Below, piece after piece: positions 12,580 through 24,070 of a DNA stretch of 64,000 nt. Below the pieces are notes generated by a model. It was not told the origin of the DNA. It saw nothing but the letters and a program-made list of their open reading frames with translations, and did not search any database. The translations under genes and the position numbers were made by a program. The stretch's first letter is position 1. Every line of letters begins with the position of its first letter. Source of the stretch: Zootoca vivipara (taxonomy: Eukaryota); contig NC_083285.1 of NCBI RefSeq assembly GCF_963506605.1, positions 70,618,001 to 70,682,000 of the forward strand. Direction: 5' to 3'.

Positions 12580-13754
12580 AACCTCCAAGGAAGGAGAATC
12601 CATCACCCTCTGAGAAAGTCCCTTCCACTACAGGACAGCTCCTACTGCCAAATAATTCTTCCAAACTCCCTACGTGGGGGTTACAGTCTGGGAATTGCAC
12701 CGGAAGCCAAAATCGCATATAGGCAGAACACACTGCGTCCAATTGCTAGTGGGATTGCCAAAGTCATTTTGTTCCCTGGGAACCTCCCCCCTCCTTTCCA
12801 CATAATTTTTGGACATGTGCATGAAGCCTAATGTGCAGAGGTTAAATGCCTATAAGTTGTACGGTTACTGTAATTTGGATGCTCCCCTTGGAGCAGCAGA
12901 AAACAAGCTCGCTTCACCTTTCATGTTTAGATGTTTGGAGAAGGCTCTCAGACCCCCCATCTCTGTTCTCCAGGACACAGACACCCAGCTCCCTCAGCTG
13001 TTCCTCGGGGCGACCTTTGGGGTCCTTTCCAACTCCACAATTCTACGATCATGTCTTCAGCCCTAGTCAGAACAGTCCAACCACGACATCCCATTGGCTT
13101 CCACACATCCTCAAAGCAGAACAAAAGTTTCATTGCGTTGCCTCTTCCAAGGCAGAGGAGAAAACATCATCTTGCTTGTGGTGCTTCTCATTCCAGGTTC
13201 CTCTCCAGCTTCCTTTCCTGACCAAGGCAGGTCCTGAAGGCTAGAGATGAGAATTCTGGGAGTGGAGAGGAAATGTCACGGCCACCAGCCAGTTGGGGAT
13301 GTCTCCAACAGCACCCATGATTTGCCCAAGCAGGGTTGCTACTCTTCCCCCCTGAAGGGAGAGGAGAGACACCAAACCATCCTTGGAGGACCCTATCCCC
13401 ACCACCACTGAATATGACACCTGGCCTTGACACAAGACTATTGGGTGGGGAGGTCAAAGGAGAAAAACTGTTAGTTCAATGTGAATGATTATTGGAAATG
13501 GGGGAGATGGAGGTTTATTTGCTTCTTAGTGGGTCAGAGTGTTACTTAGTTTATTATTTGCGTGTTGTCAGCGTTGTTTTCTCCTTTATATGGCTAGTTT
13601 CCCCCTCCCCTCCAATAGAATGTTATGTGAAATATCAATATATTATATGACTCCCACCCTTCTCCACGCGGCATTATGTATTGTATAATTTTTCTTTGCC
13701 ATAAGTCACTTACAGACCTTCGGATGACAAGAGACTAAGAAGTTTAATTAATCA

Positions 13755-14183
13755 AGGTTTTTTCGGCTTTCGCCCCAGCCTGGTGGAACGCTCTAGTCTA
13801 TCACAAGACCAGGGTCCTGTGGGACTTGACATCCTTCCACAGGGCCTGCAAGATGGAGCTGTTCCGCCTGGCCTTTGGTCCGGGCCCAGTTTGACCCCCC
13901 CCTCTATGGGACCCTGTAAGTTACCTATTTCTCCCTTTGATCGGCTCATGTGGGACCAACATGGACAGCTGACCCTGGTGAATACTTGAGGTTCCCAACC
14001 CCTATGGTTGTAATTCGTGGGCAGTCATTTAATTTTATCCTGTTTCCAATTGTTAAGCTGTATTATAATCAATTGTTTGATAGTTTTTCAATGTATTTGA
14101 TATTTGATGTTAGCTGCCCTGAGCCCGGTCGTGGCCACGGAGGGCGGGGTATAAATAAAAATTTACTTACCTCACTTACTTAC
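13755..14183 (+). mobile_element. L2 3' end
   Basis: Degenerate L2 ORF2 C-terminus (ACKMELFRLAF), AATAAA and a (TACT)n tail. Confidence 0.75.
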
Positions 14184-14212
14184 TTTCTCTACAGATAATC
14201 TCTACATTTCCC

Positions 14213-15172
14213 ATGGCTTGCAGCAGCAACTGGACACAAGAGACGGAGTTTGTTCTTCTGGGCTTCTCCGGGATCACGCATGGCCAGACCTACCTCTTCC
14301 TGGTGTTCTTGGCTATCTACTTGGTCACCCTGTTGGGGAACCTCACCATAGTCGGCCTGATCCTGCTGGATCCCTGCCTTCACAGCCCCATGTACTTCTT
14401 CCTCAGCCATTTATCCTGCATGGATGTCTGCTACTCATCCGTCACTGTCCCCAAAATCCTGACCAACTTTCTGCATAAGAGGCACACCATATCCTACAAC
14501 CAGTGCATGGCCCAGATGTTCTTCCTGATGACCTTTGCGGGGTCCGAGTGCGCTCTGCTGGCTGTCATGGCCTACGACCGCTATGCCGCCATTTGCCAGC
14601 CTCTGCATTACAGCAGCCTGATGAGCAGCCAGCTGCGAATCTCGCTGGCCATCGCTTCTTGGATCTGGGGCTTCTTGGACTCGGCCATCCACACCACTCT
14701 GGCCACCCACTTGTCCTTCTGTGGGGCCAACCAGATCGACCACATCTTCTGCGATGTCCCGCCTCTCCTGAAGATTGCCTGCAGCAACACCTACGTCAAC
14801 GAGATCACCCTCCTTTTGACCAGCATCTTCCTGGGCCTGAGTCCCTTCTTGTTCATCCTCCTCTCCTATGTCTTCATCCTCTCCGCCATCTTGCGGAACC
14901 GCTCCAACACCGGGCGGCACAAGGCCTTCTCCACCTGCACCTCCCACATGATAGTGGTCGTCCTCTACTTCGGAAATGGATTGGTGAACTACAACCGCCC
15001 AAGCGCAGGCTACTCCTTGGAGGTTGACACCCTGGTCTCCACAATCTACTGCATCATCACCCCAATGCTGAACCCCCTCATCTACAGTCTCCGCAACAAG
15101 GAGGTGAAGGAAGCCCTGAAGAAGGTTCTGGGGCAGCAGAAGAAGGACTATGCTTCTACACAGAGAAAGTGA
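14213..15172 (+). CDS. Olfactory receptor OR3, 319 aa
   Basis: Complete ORF with OR motifs; acceptor ends at 14194. Confidence 0.97.
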   Translation: MACSSNWTQETEFVLLGFSGITHGQTYLFLVFLAIYLVTLLGNLTIVGLILLDPCLHSPMYFFLSHLSCMDVCYSSVTVPKILTNFLHKRHTISYNQCMAQMFFLMTFAGSECALLAVMAYDRYAAICQPLHYSSLMSSQLRISLAIASWIWGFLDSAIHTTLATHLSFCGANQIDHIFCDVPPLLKIACSNTYVNEITLLLTSIFLGLSPFLFILLSYVFILSAILRNRSNTGRHKAFSTCTSHMIVVVLYFGNGLVNYNRPSAGYSLEVDTLVSTIYCIITPMLNPLIYSLRNKEVKEALKKVLGQQKKDYASTQRK

Positions 15173-15624
15173 GTGGTGGACTTTGGCAAGGGTGCAGCTC
15201 TGCTCTCCTCTGACCCCCCCCCATTGCTCTTAGTGAGCTCAAGGTAATCCTCCAAGACCACAGGAAAAACCCACTTCCTGTAGACTCCATTTCGGTCAAA
15301 TTTATAAACACGTTTGTATTATATCCATAGAGACTCCCCCCCCAAAAAAAAAATGTTATGAAAACCGACAGTATGTTTCTGTACAAACACCACAACTAAT
15401 CAACAAAGCATGTACCTATTAAGTGATCTGCAAGTTAGGATAAATCTCAGGAACAAGTCTTTGGTTTTCTGGAGAATTTGTAAATTAAATGAACCTTCAC
15501 CATTCTCTCGCAAAGATGTCTCTGTGAATTGTTCCTCCTGCCGGTCTTACTTTGTGAGTCAAGTTCTCCACCAGGGCCACACTGTCTTGTACCAAGCGTT
15601 CATGTTTGCACCTTTTAAGTCAAA

Positions 15625-16707
15625 GAATCATAGAATCATAGAGTCATAGAATCATAGAGTTGGAAGAGACCACAAGGGTCATCCAGTCCAACCCCCTGCT
15701 AAGCAGGAAACACCATCAAAGCATTAAAGACCCCCAAAGAAGGAGATTCCAGCACACTCCTTGGCAGCAAATTCCACTGCTGAACAGCTCATACTGTCAG
15801 GAAGTTCTTCCTAATGTTTAGGTGGAATCTTCTTTCTTGTAGTTTAAATCCATTGCTCCGTGTCCGCTTCTCTGGAGCAGCAGAAAACAATCTTTCACCC
15901 TCTTCTATATGACATCCTTTTATATATTTGAACATGGCTATCATATCACCCCTTAACCTTCTCTTCTCCAGGCTAAAACTACCTAGCTCCCTAAGCCGCT
16001 CCTCATAAGGCATCGTTTCCAGGCCTTTGACCATTTTGGTTGCCCTCTTCTGGACACGTTCCAGCTTGTCAGTATCCTTCTTGGACTGTGGTGCCCAGAA
16101 CTGGACACAGTACTTCAGGTGAGGTCTGACCAGAGCAGAATACAGTGGTACTATTACTTCCCTTGATCTAGATGCTATACTCCTATTGATGCAGCCCAGA
16201 ATTGGCTTTTTAGCTGCTGCATCACACTGCTGACTCATGTCAAGTTTGTGGTCTACCAAGACTCCTAGATACTTTTCACGTGTACTGCTCTCAAGCCAGG
16301 TGTCTCCCATACTGTATTTGTGCCTTTCATATTTTTTTTGCCCAAGTGTAGTACTTTACATTTCTCCCTGTTAAAATTCATCTTGTTTGCTTTGGCCCAG
16401 TTGTCTAATCTGTTAAGGTCATTTTGAAGTGTGATCCTGTCCTCTGGGGTATTAGCCACTGTTCCCAATTTGGTGTCGTCTGCAAACTTGCTCAGGATGC
16501 CCTCAAGCCCATCACCCAAGTCATTGATAAAGATGTTGAATAAGACTGGGCCCAAGACAGAACCCTGTGTCACCCCACTAGTCACTACTCTCCAGGATGA
16601 GGAGGAGCCATTGATGAGCACCCTTTGGGTTCGGTCAGTCAGCCAGTTACAAATCCACTGAATGGTAGCATTGTCTAGACCACATTTTACCAGCTTCTGT
16701 GCAAGAA
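15625..16707 (-). mobile_element. CR1 LINE, 5'-truncated
   Basis: RT motifs ([14 protein letters not shown]) and octamer tail. Confidence 0.95.
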
Positions 16708-18289
16708 TATGGAAGTCCTTTCAGAATTTGCCTATAACCAAACCCGCAACCACAAAGAGAAATCCAGTTAGTGGTTTATCCAACAAGTCCTCTTTCTCAT
16801 TGAAATAAGGATTGAGTAACACAAGTTCTGAAGACTTGCTGACATGCTGATGGGTAATTTCACTTATGACACTAAGCACTTGTTCCCCCAAATATGGCAC
16901 CTTTGGGCATGTCCACCATAAGTACCTATAGTTCCCATATTCAGAGAACTGCAGGCAACTGGTGAGACCCGTCAAAACTCATTATTCCAACCAGAGACTC
17001 TAGTCTAAACTGTAGATTGCTGTATTTATTCATATTGAATGGTTCTTCATGAACGATTGGCTCTGTAGGAGCCAATCTATGCTTACGTGTTCTCCTATTT
17101 TCATAGGCCTGTTTCTTTTCACAGCATGGGCCACAGCAGTGGTGATAAAAAAGAAGCAGAAACAAGCTTTGGGAGACCTAAGACCAGGAACTCAGAGGAG
17201 AAGGGCTTGTAGTGTGGCTGCCCCTGTTCTGCAGAACAGCATTGCTGTCAAGATAGGAGCCCACTATCTGCACTTTCCAGGGGATAAAACTAAGACATTT
17301 TTGTTCTGGCAGATGGACAAGTGGGTCTTTACCATGAGTGTCCACTTGTTTGGATTTCATCCCCGTTTTAAATGTGTTTGTTGTTTGTTTGTTTGTGTGT
17401 TTGTTTGTTTTTTAAATTTTATTTATGCTTTTCAGGTTTATACATTTCACAAATGTTACAATCATATTAACATTTCAAAGCTTGACTTCCTTCCCCTCTT
17501 TCTGCGGTTCCTTCAATTTATTTCTAATATCTTCTGCATATCCCAATTAACTTAATTTGCTCATTTATTCATCTACTTTAAATATATACTCTTATAAAAC
17601 TGCTGGTTAATACAATAATCCTGCCAATGTTCTTATTTTGTTCATAATTTATCTGTAAATATTCAATAAACTTTTATAAAAGTTTGTTATCTTGATTCTT
17701 ATCTTATTCTACCGGTAAGTTTCGTCATTTCTGCATATTCCCTAAGTTTTGGTATCCATTCTTCCTTTGCTGGGACTTCCGCTTCTTTCCACTTTGGGGC
17801 GAGAAACATTCCTGCTGCTGTAGTAGAATACATGAATAGGTTTCTATACAGTTTAGGTAGTTTTGTCCCTATAATTCCCCCCAAAAAAAGATTTCTGCAA
17901 AAGATGCAGAAATCGACGGAATAACATTGGGAAAGAGAACATACAAAATAAAAGTGTTGGTGGATGATATAATAACATTAGAAGAGACCATTCTCAAAGC
18001 GCTGGAAAAAATAAAATCATTTGGAGAGGTCTCAGGGTTCAAACTTAATACTGTAATCTAAGTAAAGCTCTTCTGGATGAAATACAATTGCCCCTGGTCT
18101 ATTTTTTTTGAATCCTGCAATGGGTTTTAAGTTTTTGCTCAGCTAACTATACATTGCACTCTACTCTGGATCAATATTGAGTAGAATTTTCAATGACACA
18201 CCCAAAATTGTATATTCCCTTTTCGCGTTAAAAGGTGGGGTAGAAATACCTCAAGTGTGTAAATAAGCATCTAGCCACTAAGCAATGCT

Positions 18290-18737
18290 TCCCCTGGGAC
18301 TCCCACTGTTCCATTCCTCTTGGCTTGCAGAAAGCTCACCCCTGGGGAGAGTGGCTTTCTTTCCCCAATGCTCCTTGTTAAGTTCCGTGTTGCAGTTGCC
18401 ACGAGAGCATCCCTTGGGTCCCTCCTGGACATAACTCCTCTCTCCCTGCCCAGACTCTGCTACTTCGATGCAATGCAGACTGCAGAGGGAGCCACCAGGC
18501 TCGTCCGTGTCTCACCTGTGAAGCAGGGATCTGCCTTCAAGAGCCCCGATGCCAGGCCCTCTCTTGCCACTTGGATGCCAGCGTGCTCTGGCCCCGTGAA
18601 GCTGGAGCAGGGAAAGGCTGGTACAGAAGAAGCCCAAGGTTGAAGGGGAAGGACGACCTGGAGCTGAGCATCCTGCAGTGGACAGCAGCAAATGCCCAGC
18701 CTCACTGGGCTCCCAGTGGTGGGGCCTCCAGGTGAGT
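18290..18737 (+). promoter_or_regulatory. Putative OR4 promoter and first exon
   Basis: O/E sites at 18290 and 18410; donor at 18732. Confidence 0.6.
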
Positions 18738-19553
18738 AGCTTTACAGGACACAGGGAGGACTCAGGATAGGGAAGCAATTCAGTCTGGCATTTGAACGCG
18801 AATCTGCCCCATTCACACTTCCTGAAATGATACGAGAACAAGAATTCGGCTAGCCTCTGAAATTTGCAAAAAGGTGGGTTATAAATGCAATAAATAGTAA
18901 ATTCATTTATAGGACAATATATATGGGGCTGGCACAGCAAGAGATTTCTCCCCCCCCCACCTCCCCTCCCCCAAATCTTATCCAATCCACACTTTCCAAT
19001 GCACAAATTCTGTGCTTCACATTCCAATCCCTGAGCAGTGAGATATTTTGGAGTGCAATGTTCACTTACGGTCGACTTTCCTTGGAATTGGAGGTTACAA
19101 GCCCTAGTTCAGCAGGCAGCCCATCTCCAGAGATCAGCTTGCTGCCTCCACCTGATTTCCCATCTATTCCAACTAGAAGTTTCGCAGCATCAGGGAAGGG
19201 CCCTCCAAAAGTCATCTAGTCCAACCTCTTGCAATGCAACCATCTCAGCTAAAGAATCCCTCACAGAGGGCCATGCAACCTCTGCTTAAAAACCTCCAAG
19301 AAAGCAGCATCCACCACCCTCTGAGAGAGTCCCTTCCACTACTTAACAGCTCCTACTGCCAAATAATTCTTCCTAATCTTTAATTGGAATCTCCTTTTTG
19401 TACAGTAAGCCCAGAGTCTATGTGGGGGTGACAGTCTGGGAACTGCACCGGAACCCAAAATCCCATATAGGCAAAACACATATAGTCCAATAGTAGGTGG
19501 GATTGCCAAAGTCATTTTGTTCCCTTGGAACCTCCCCCACTCCTTTCCACATC

Positions 19554-19813
19554 AATCATAGAATCATAAAATCATAGAGTTGGAAGTGACCACAAGGGCC
19601 ATCCAGTCCAACCCCCTGCCAAGCAGGTAACACAATCAAAGCATTCTTGGCATATGGCTGTCAAGCCTCCACTTAAAGACCTCCAAAGAAGGAGACTCCA
19701 CCACACTCCTTGGCAGCAAATCCCACTGTTGAACAGCTCTTCCTGTCAGGAAGTTCTTCCTAATGTTTAGGTGGAATCTTCTTTCTTTTAGCTTGAATCC
19801 ATTGCTCCGTGTC
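19554..19813 (-). mobile_element. CR1 3' end
   Basis: CR1 tail and C-terminal peptide. Confidence 0.9.
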
Positions 19814-20802
19814 CACATGATTTTTGGTCATGTGCATAAAGCCTAATGTGCACAAGTTAAACGCCCATAAGTTGTAGGGTTACTGTAATTTGGATCCTCC
19901 CCTCTGGAGCAGCAGAAAACAAGCTCGCTCCACCTTCCATGTTCAGATATTCGGAGAAGGCTCTCAGACCCCCCCCCTCTGTTCTCCAGGACACAGACAC
20001 CCAGCTCCCTCAGCTGTTCCTTGGGGCAACCCTTGGGGTCCATTCCAACTCCACAATTCTATGATCATTTATTCAGCCCTAGTCTAAACACAACATCCTC
20101 AAAGCAGAACAAAAGGTTGATTACGTTGCCTCTTCCAAAGCAGAGGAGAAAACATCATCTTGCTTGTCTTGCTTCTCATTCCAGGTTCCTCTCCGGCTTC
20201 CTTTCCTGACCAAGGCAGGTCCTGAAGGCTAGAGATGAGAATTCTGGGAGTGGAGAGGAATTGTCACGGCCACCAGCCTATTGAGGATGTCTCCAACAGC
20301 ACCCATGATTCACCCAAGCAGGGTTGATACTCTTCTCCCCTGAAGGAAGAGGAGAGACACCCGACCATCCCTGGAGGACCCTAACCCACCCACCACTGAT
20401 TTGCAACAGCTGGCCTTGACACAAGACTATTGGGTGGGGAGGTCAAAGGAGAAAAACCGTTAGTTCAATGTGAATGATTTTTGGACTAGGGGGAGATGCA
20501 GGTTTATTTGCGTCTTAGTGGGTCAGAGTGTTACTTAGTTTATTATTTGCATGTTGTCAGTGTTGTTTTCTCCTGTTTATATGGCTGGTTTCCCCCTCCC
20601 CTCCAATAGAATGTAATGTGAAATATCAATATATTATATGACTCCCCCCCTTCCCCCCCATGGCATTATGTATTGTAGAATTTTTCTTTTCCATAAGTCA
20701 CTTTGAGACCTTCGGGTGACAAGAGACTAAGAAGTTTAATCAACAACAACAACACCGAATTTCATGGATCAATGGTCTGAGTGGGTAGAAGACCACTTAC
20801 AA

Positions 20803-21056
20803 TCATAGAATCATAGAATCATAGAGTTGGAAGAGACCACAAGGGCCATCCAATCCAACCCCCTGCCGAGCAGGAAACACCATCAAAGCATTCTTGACAT
20901 ATGCCTGTCAAGCCTCTGCTTAAAGACCTCCAAAGAAGGAGACTCCGCCACACTCCTTGGTAGCAAATTCCACTGCCGAACAGCTCTTACTGTCAGAAAA
21001 TTCTTCCTAATGTTGAGGTGGAATCTTCTTTCTTGTAGTTTGAATCCATTGCTCCA
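20803..21056 (-). mobile_element. CR1 3' end
   Basis: CR1 tail and C-terminal peptide. Confidence 0.9.
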
Positions 21057-21228
21057 TTGCTGTGATTCATTGTTCTGAATCACAGAACTGTAGCATTGTA
21101 AAGGGAGCCAAAGGTCCTCTAGTCCAACCCCCTGCAATGCAGGAACTTCCTCTGTTTCCGTTTTCTGCCTAGCAGCCTTTCCCTCAAACGCCGTCCTTTT
21201 TTCTCTACAGATAATCTCCACATTTCCC

Positions 21229-22188
21229 ATGGCTGGCAGCAGTAACTGGACACAAGTGACGGAGTTTGTTCTTCTGGGCTTCTCTGGGATCACGCATGGC
21301 CAGACCTACCTCTTCCTGGTGTTCTTGGCAATCTACTTGGTCACCCTGTTGGGGAACCTCACCATAGCCGGCCTGATCCTGCTGGATCCTCGCCTTCATA
21401 GCCCCATGTACTTCTTCCTCAGCCATTTGTCTTGCATGGACGTTTGCTCCTCATCCGTCACAGTCCCCAATATTTTGGCCAATCTCCTCCACCGCCGCCA
21501 CGCCATCTCCTACCACCCGTGTCTGGCCCAGATGTTCTTCCTGATGGCTTTCTCGGGTTCTGAGTGCTGGCTGTTGGCCGCCATGGCATACGATCGCTAT
21601 GCTGCCATTTGCCAGCCTTTGCATTACTCACACCTCATGAGCACGCGTGTGTGTGTGCAACTAGCCACCATTGTCTGGGTGGTGGGCTTCCTAGACTCAG
21701 TGGTCCACACAGCCTTGGCCTTCAATTTACACTTCTGCGGGGCCTTCCAGATCCACCACATCTTCTGTGACCTCCCACCGCTGCTGAAAATTGCCTGGGG
21801 GAACAAGCTTGTCAACGAAATAACCGTTCACGTAGCCACCATCTTTATGGGCCTGAGCCCATTCCTGGTAGTCATCGTCTCCTATGTCTACATCTTGGCT
21901 TCCATCTTGCGGATCCGCTCCAACACCGGGCGGCACAAGGCCTTCTCCACCTGCACCTCCCACATGATAGTGGTCGTCCTCTACTTCGGAAATGGATTGG
22001 TGAACTACAACCGCCCCAGCGCAGGCTACTCCTTGGAGGTTGACACCCTGGTCTCCACACTCTACTGCATCATCACCCCAATGCTGAACCCCCTCATCTA
22101 CAGCCTCCGCAACAAGGAGGTGAAGGAAGCCCTGAGGAAGGTTCTAGGAGGGCAGAAGAAGTTCTGCACTTCCTCTCACAAGCAGTGA
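21229..22188 (+). CDS. Olfactory receptor OR4, 319 aa, mosaic
   Basis: Complete ORF with OR motifs; acceptor ends at 21210; the ECL2 Cys of the paralogs is Trp190 here. Confidence 0.95.
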   Translation: MAGSSNWTQVTEFVLLGFSGITHGQTYLFLVFLAIYLVTLLGNLTIAGLILLDPRLHSPMYFFLSHLSCMDVCSSSVTVPNILANLLHRRHAISYHPCLAQMFFLMAFSGSECWLLAAMAYDRYAAICQPLHYSHLMSTRVCVQLATIVWVVGFLDSVVHTALAFNLHFCGAFQIHHIFCDLPPLLKIAWGNKLVNEITVHVATIFMGLSPFLVVIVSYVYILASILRIRSNTGRHKAFSTCTSHMIVVVLYFGNGLVNYNRPSAGYSLEVDTLVSTLYCIITPMLNPLIYSLRNKEVKEALRKVLGGQKKFCTSSHKQ

Positions 22189-22483
22189 GAGCGAAGGTGA
22201 GAGGGAGGGAAGGAGATGGCTCCAGCCATCTTCCCTGCAAAGCCCAATGGCCCCAAAACAGGGCATGAAAGGGGGTGCTGGATTCCCTCAGTCTGTGGTT
22301 CTCACCAGGCTACCAGCCTTCCAGACTCCTTGGTTAACTCCTTAGTGGAAGGAGACAAACAAGACTGGCAGCAGGGGAGAGAGAAGAGTGTGGGCAGAGT
22401 TAGTCCAAGAAAACTTGTGTTTTATTTGAAATTGTTCTAGACAAAGATACTCAAGAGGCCTTTGGGGTCAGCTAATATAAATA

Positions 22484-22830
22484 CCCAGGTGGCGCTGTGG
22501 GTTAAACCACTGAGCCTAGGGCTTGCTGGTCAGAAGGTCGGCGGTTCAAATCCCCGTGACGGGGTGAGCTCTCGTTGCTCGGTCCCAGCTCCTGACAACC
22601 TAGCAGTTCGAAAGCACATCAAAATGCAAGTAGATAAATAGGAACCACTACAGCGGGAAGGTAAACGGCGTTTCCGTGTGTTGCTCTGGTTCGCCAGAAG
22701 TGGCTTTGTCATGCTGGCCACATGACCCGGAAGCTATACGCCGGCTCCCTCGGCCAATAATGCGAGATGAGCGCCGCAACCCCAGAGTCTGTCACGACTG
22801 GACCTAATGGTCAGGGGTCCCTTTACCTTT
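22484..22830 (+). mobile_element. Sauria SINE
   Basis: tRNA-like A/B boxes (GGTGGCGCTGTGG, GGTTCAAATCC) and ACCTTT tail. Confidence 0.9.
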
Positions 22831-23289
22831 AAAATAAATATATAAAGCCATTTGATTTCCCCAGAGAAACTTGGAAAATACTCTTCATTTTAAAATCTTA
22901 ATTTATTTTCTGTTGCCACTGGCAGCCTTTCTTATGACTAAAGCTTAATATTTTGTTGCTCACAGCTGTGTTTCTTTTTATGCAAGTGACCCAGAAAATG
23001 TTGTGGGTGGGTAGCATATTAATATTGTCAATAAAAAACGAATACACAAATAAAACCACCAGTGCTTGGACGCTGAGTTAAGCTAAATCTTGTACTCTTT
23101 TGCGGTGATTTGGGTGGGTGGGAAGAGGTGGGATTGGTAGGTTCATGAGCAGGTGTAAATCTGTGGGACCCTTCCCCAACTGCATGAAGAAGCTTGCCAG
23201 AATAAGAGCATCTTCAGCTGTTTCCAGAAAATACAAATATAAATAATGGGCACCTGCCCTATCTCAACGTGGATGCTGTACCAGCAGCA

Positions 23290-23480
23290 GGGTCTTCTCG
23301 GTAGTAGCACCCGCCCTGTGGAATGCCCTCCCATCAGATGTCAAGGAAATAAATGACTATCTGAATTTTAGAAGACAGGTAGCCCTGTTTAGGGACATTT
23401 ATAATGTTTATAATGTTTGATGTTTTATTGTGCTTTTAATATTCTGTTGGGAGCTGCCCAGAATGGCTGGGGTGTAAATA
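23290..23480 (+). mobile_element. L2 3' tail (similar copies about 36600-36715, 53670-53760 and 63385-63570)
   Basis: Shared sequence ...ctgtggaatgccctcccatcag...gggagctgcccagaatggctgggg. Confidence 0.7.
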
Positions 23481-23492
23481 ATACATTATTAA

Positions 23493-23493
<1 letters not shown>

Positions 23494-23541
<48 letters not shown>
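23494..23541. repeat. (ATT)n microsatellite
   Basis: Direct reading. Confidence 0.95.
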
Positions 23542-23543
<2 letters not shown>

Positions 23544-23761
23544 CAAAACAGGGGCAATCACTCTGAAGGCACTGCTCCAAACTGCCATGGACTAAGCTTT
23601 GGATATTTCAGGGACTTCAAGGAGAGCCTCTCCTGCGGAACATAGGGACCTCCTGGGACTATAAGGGATAAGGGGGCCTCAAAGTGTTCCATGCTGGTGG
23701 GAGTTTGCCCCCATAAGCAGCTTAGTTGCTAGAGCCTCCAGAGCCAGCCTTGAGAGTAGCC

Positions 23762-24070
23762 TCACAGAGAATCACAGAACCATAGAATTGGTAGGGACCC
23801 CAAGGGTCCCAGAGTCCGACCCCCTTGCCATGCAGGAATCTCAGTGGAAGCTTCCATGACAGATGGCCATCCAACTTCTTGCTTAAAAACCTCCAAGGAA
23901 AGAGAGTCCACCACCTTCCAAGGGAGTCCGTTCCACTGTTGAGCAGTTCTTCTCATCAGAAAGTTTTACCTGATGTTTAGTCATGGTCTCCTTCCTTGTA
24001 ACTTGAAGCCATGGGTTTGAGTCCTACCCTCCAGCGCAGGAGTAAACCAACTTGCTCCATCTTCCATGTG
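23762..24070 (-). mobile_element. Older CR1 3' end
   Basis: Degenerate WNGLP..VVDSLSLEVFK. Confidence 0.75.

Larger units (their letters stand above)
1..21470 (+). repeat. Tandem array of OR gene units (equivalent points at about 1, 6514, 14257, 21273)
   Basis: CDS, 3' flank, promoter and intron sequence recur with high identity. Confidence 0.95.

Noticed and set aside
22484-22560. tRNA-like A/B boxes as a tRNA gene
   Set aside because: Head of a Sauria SINE.
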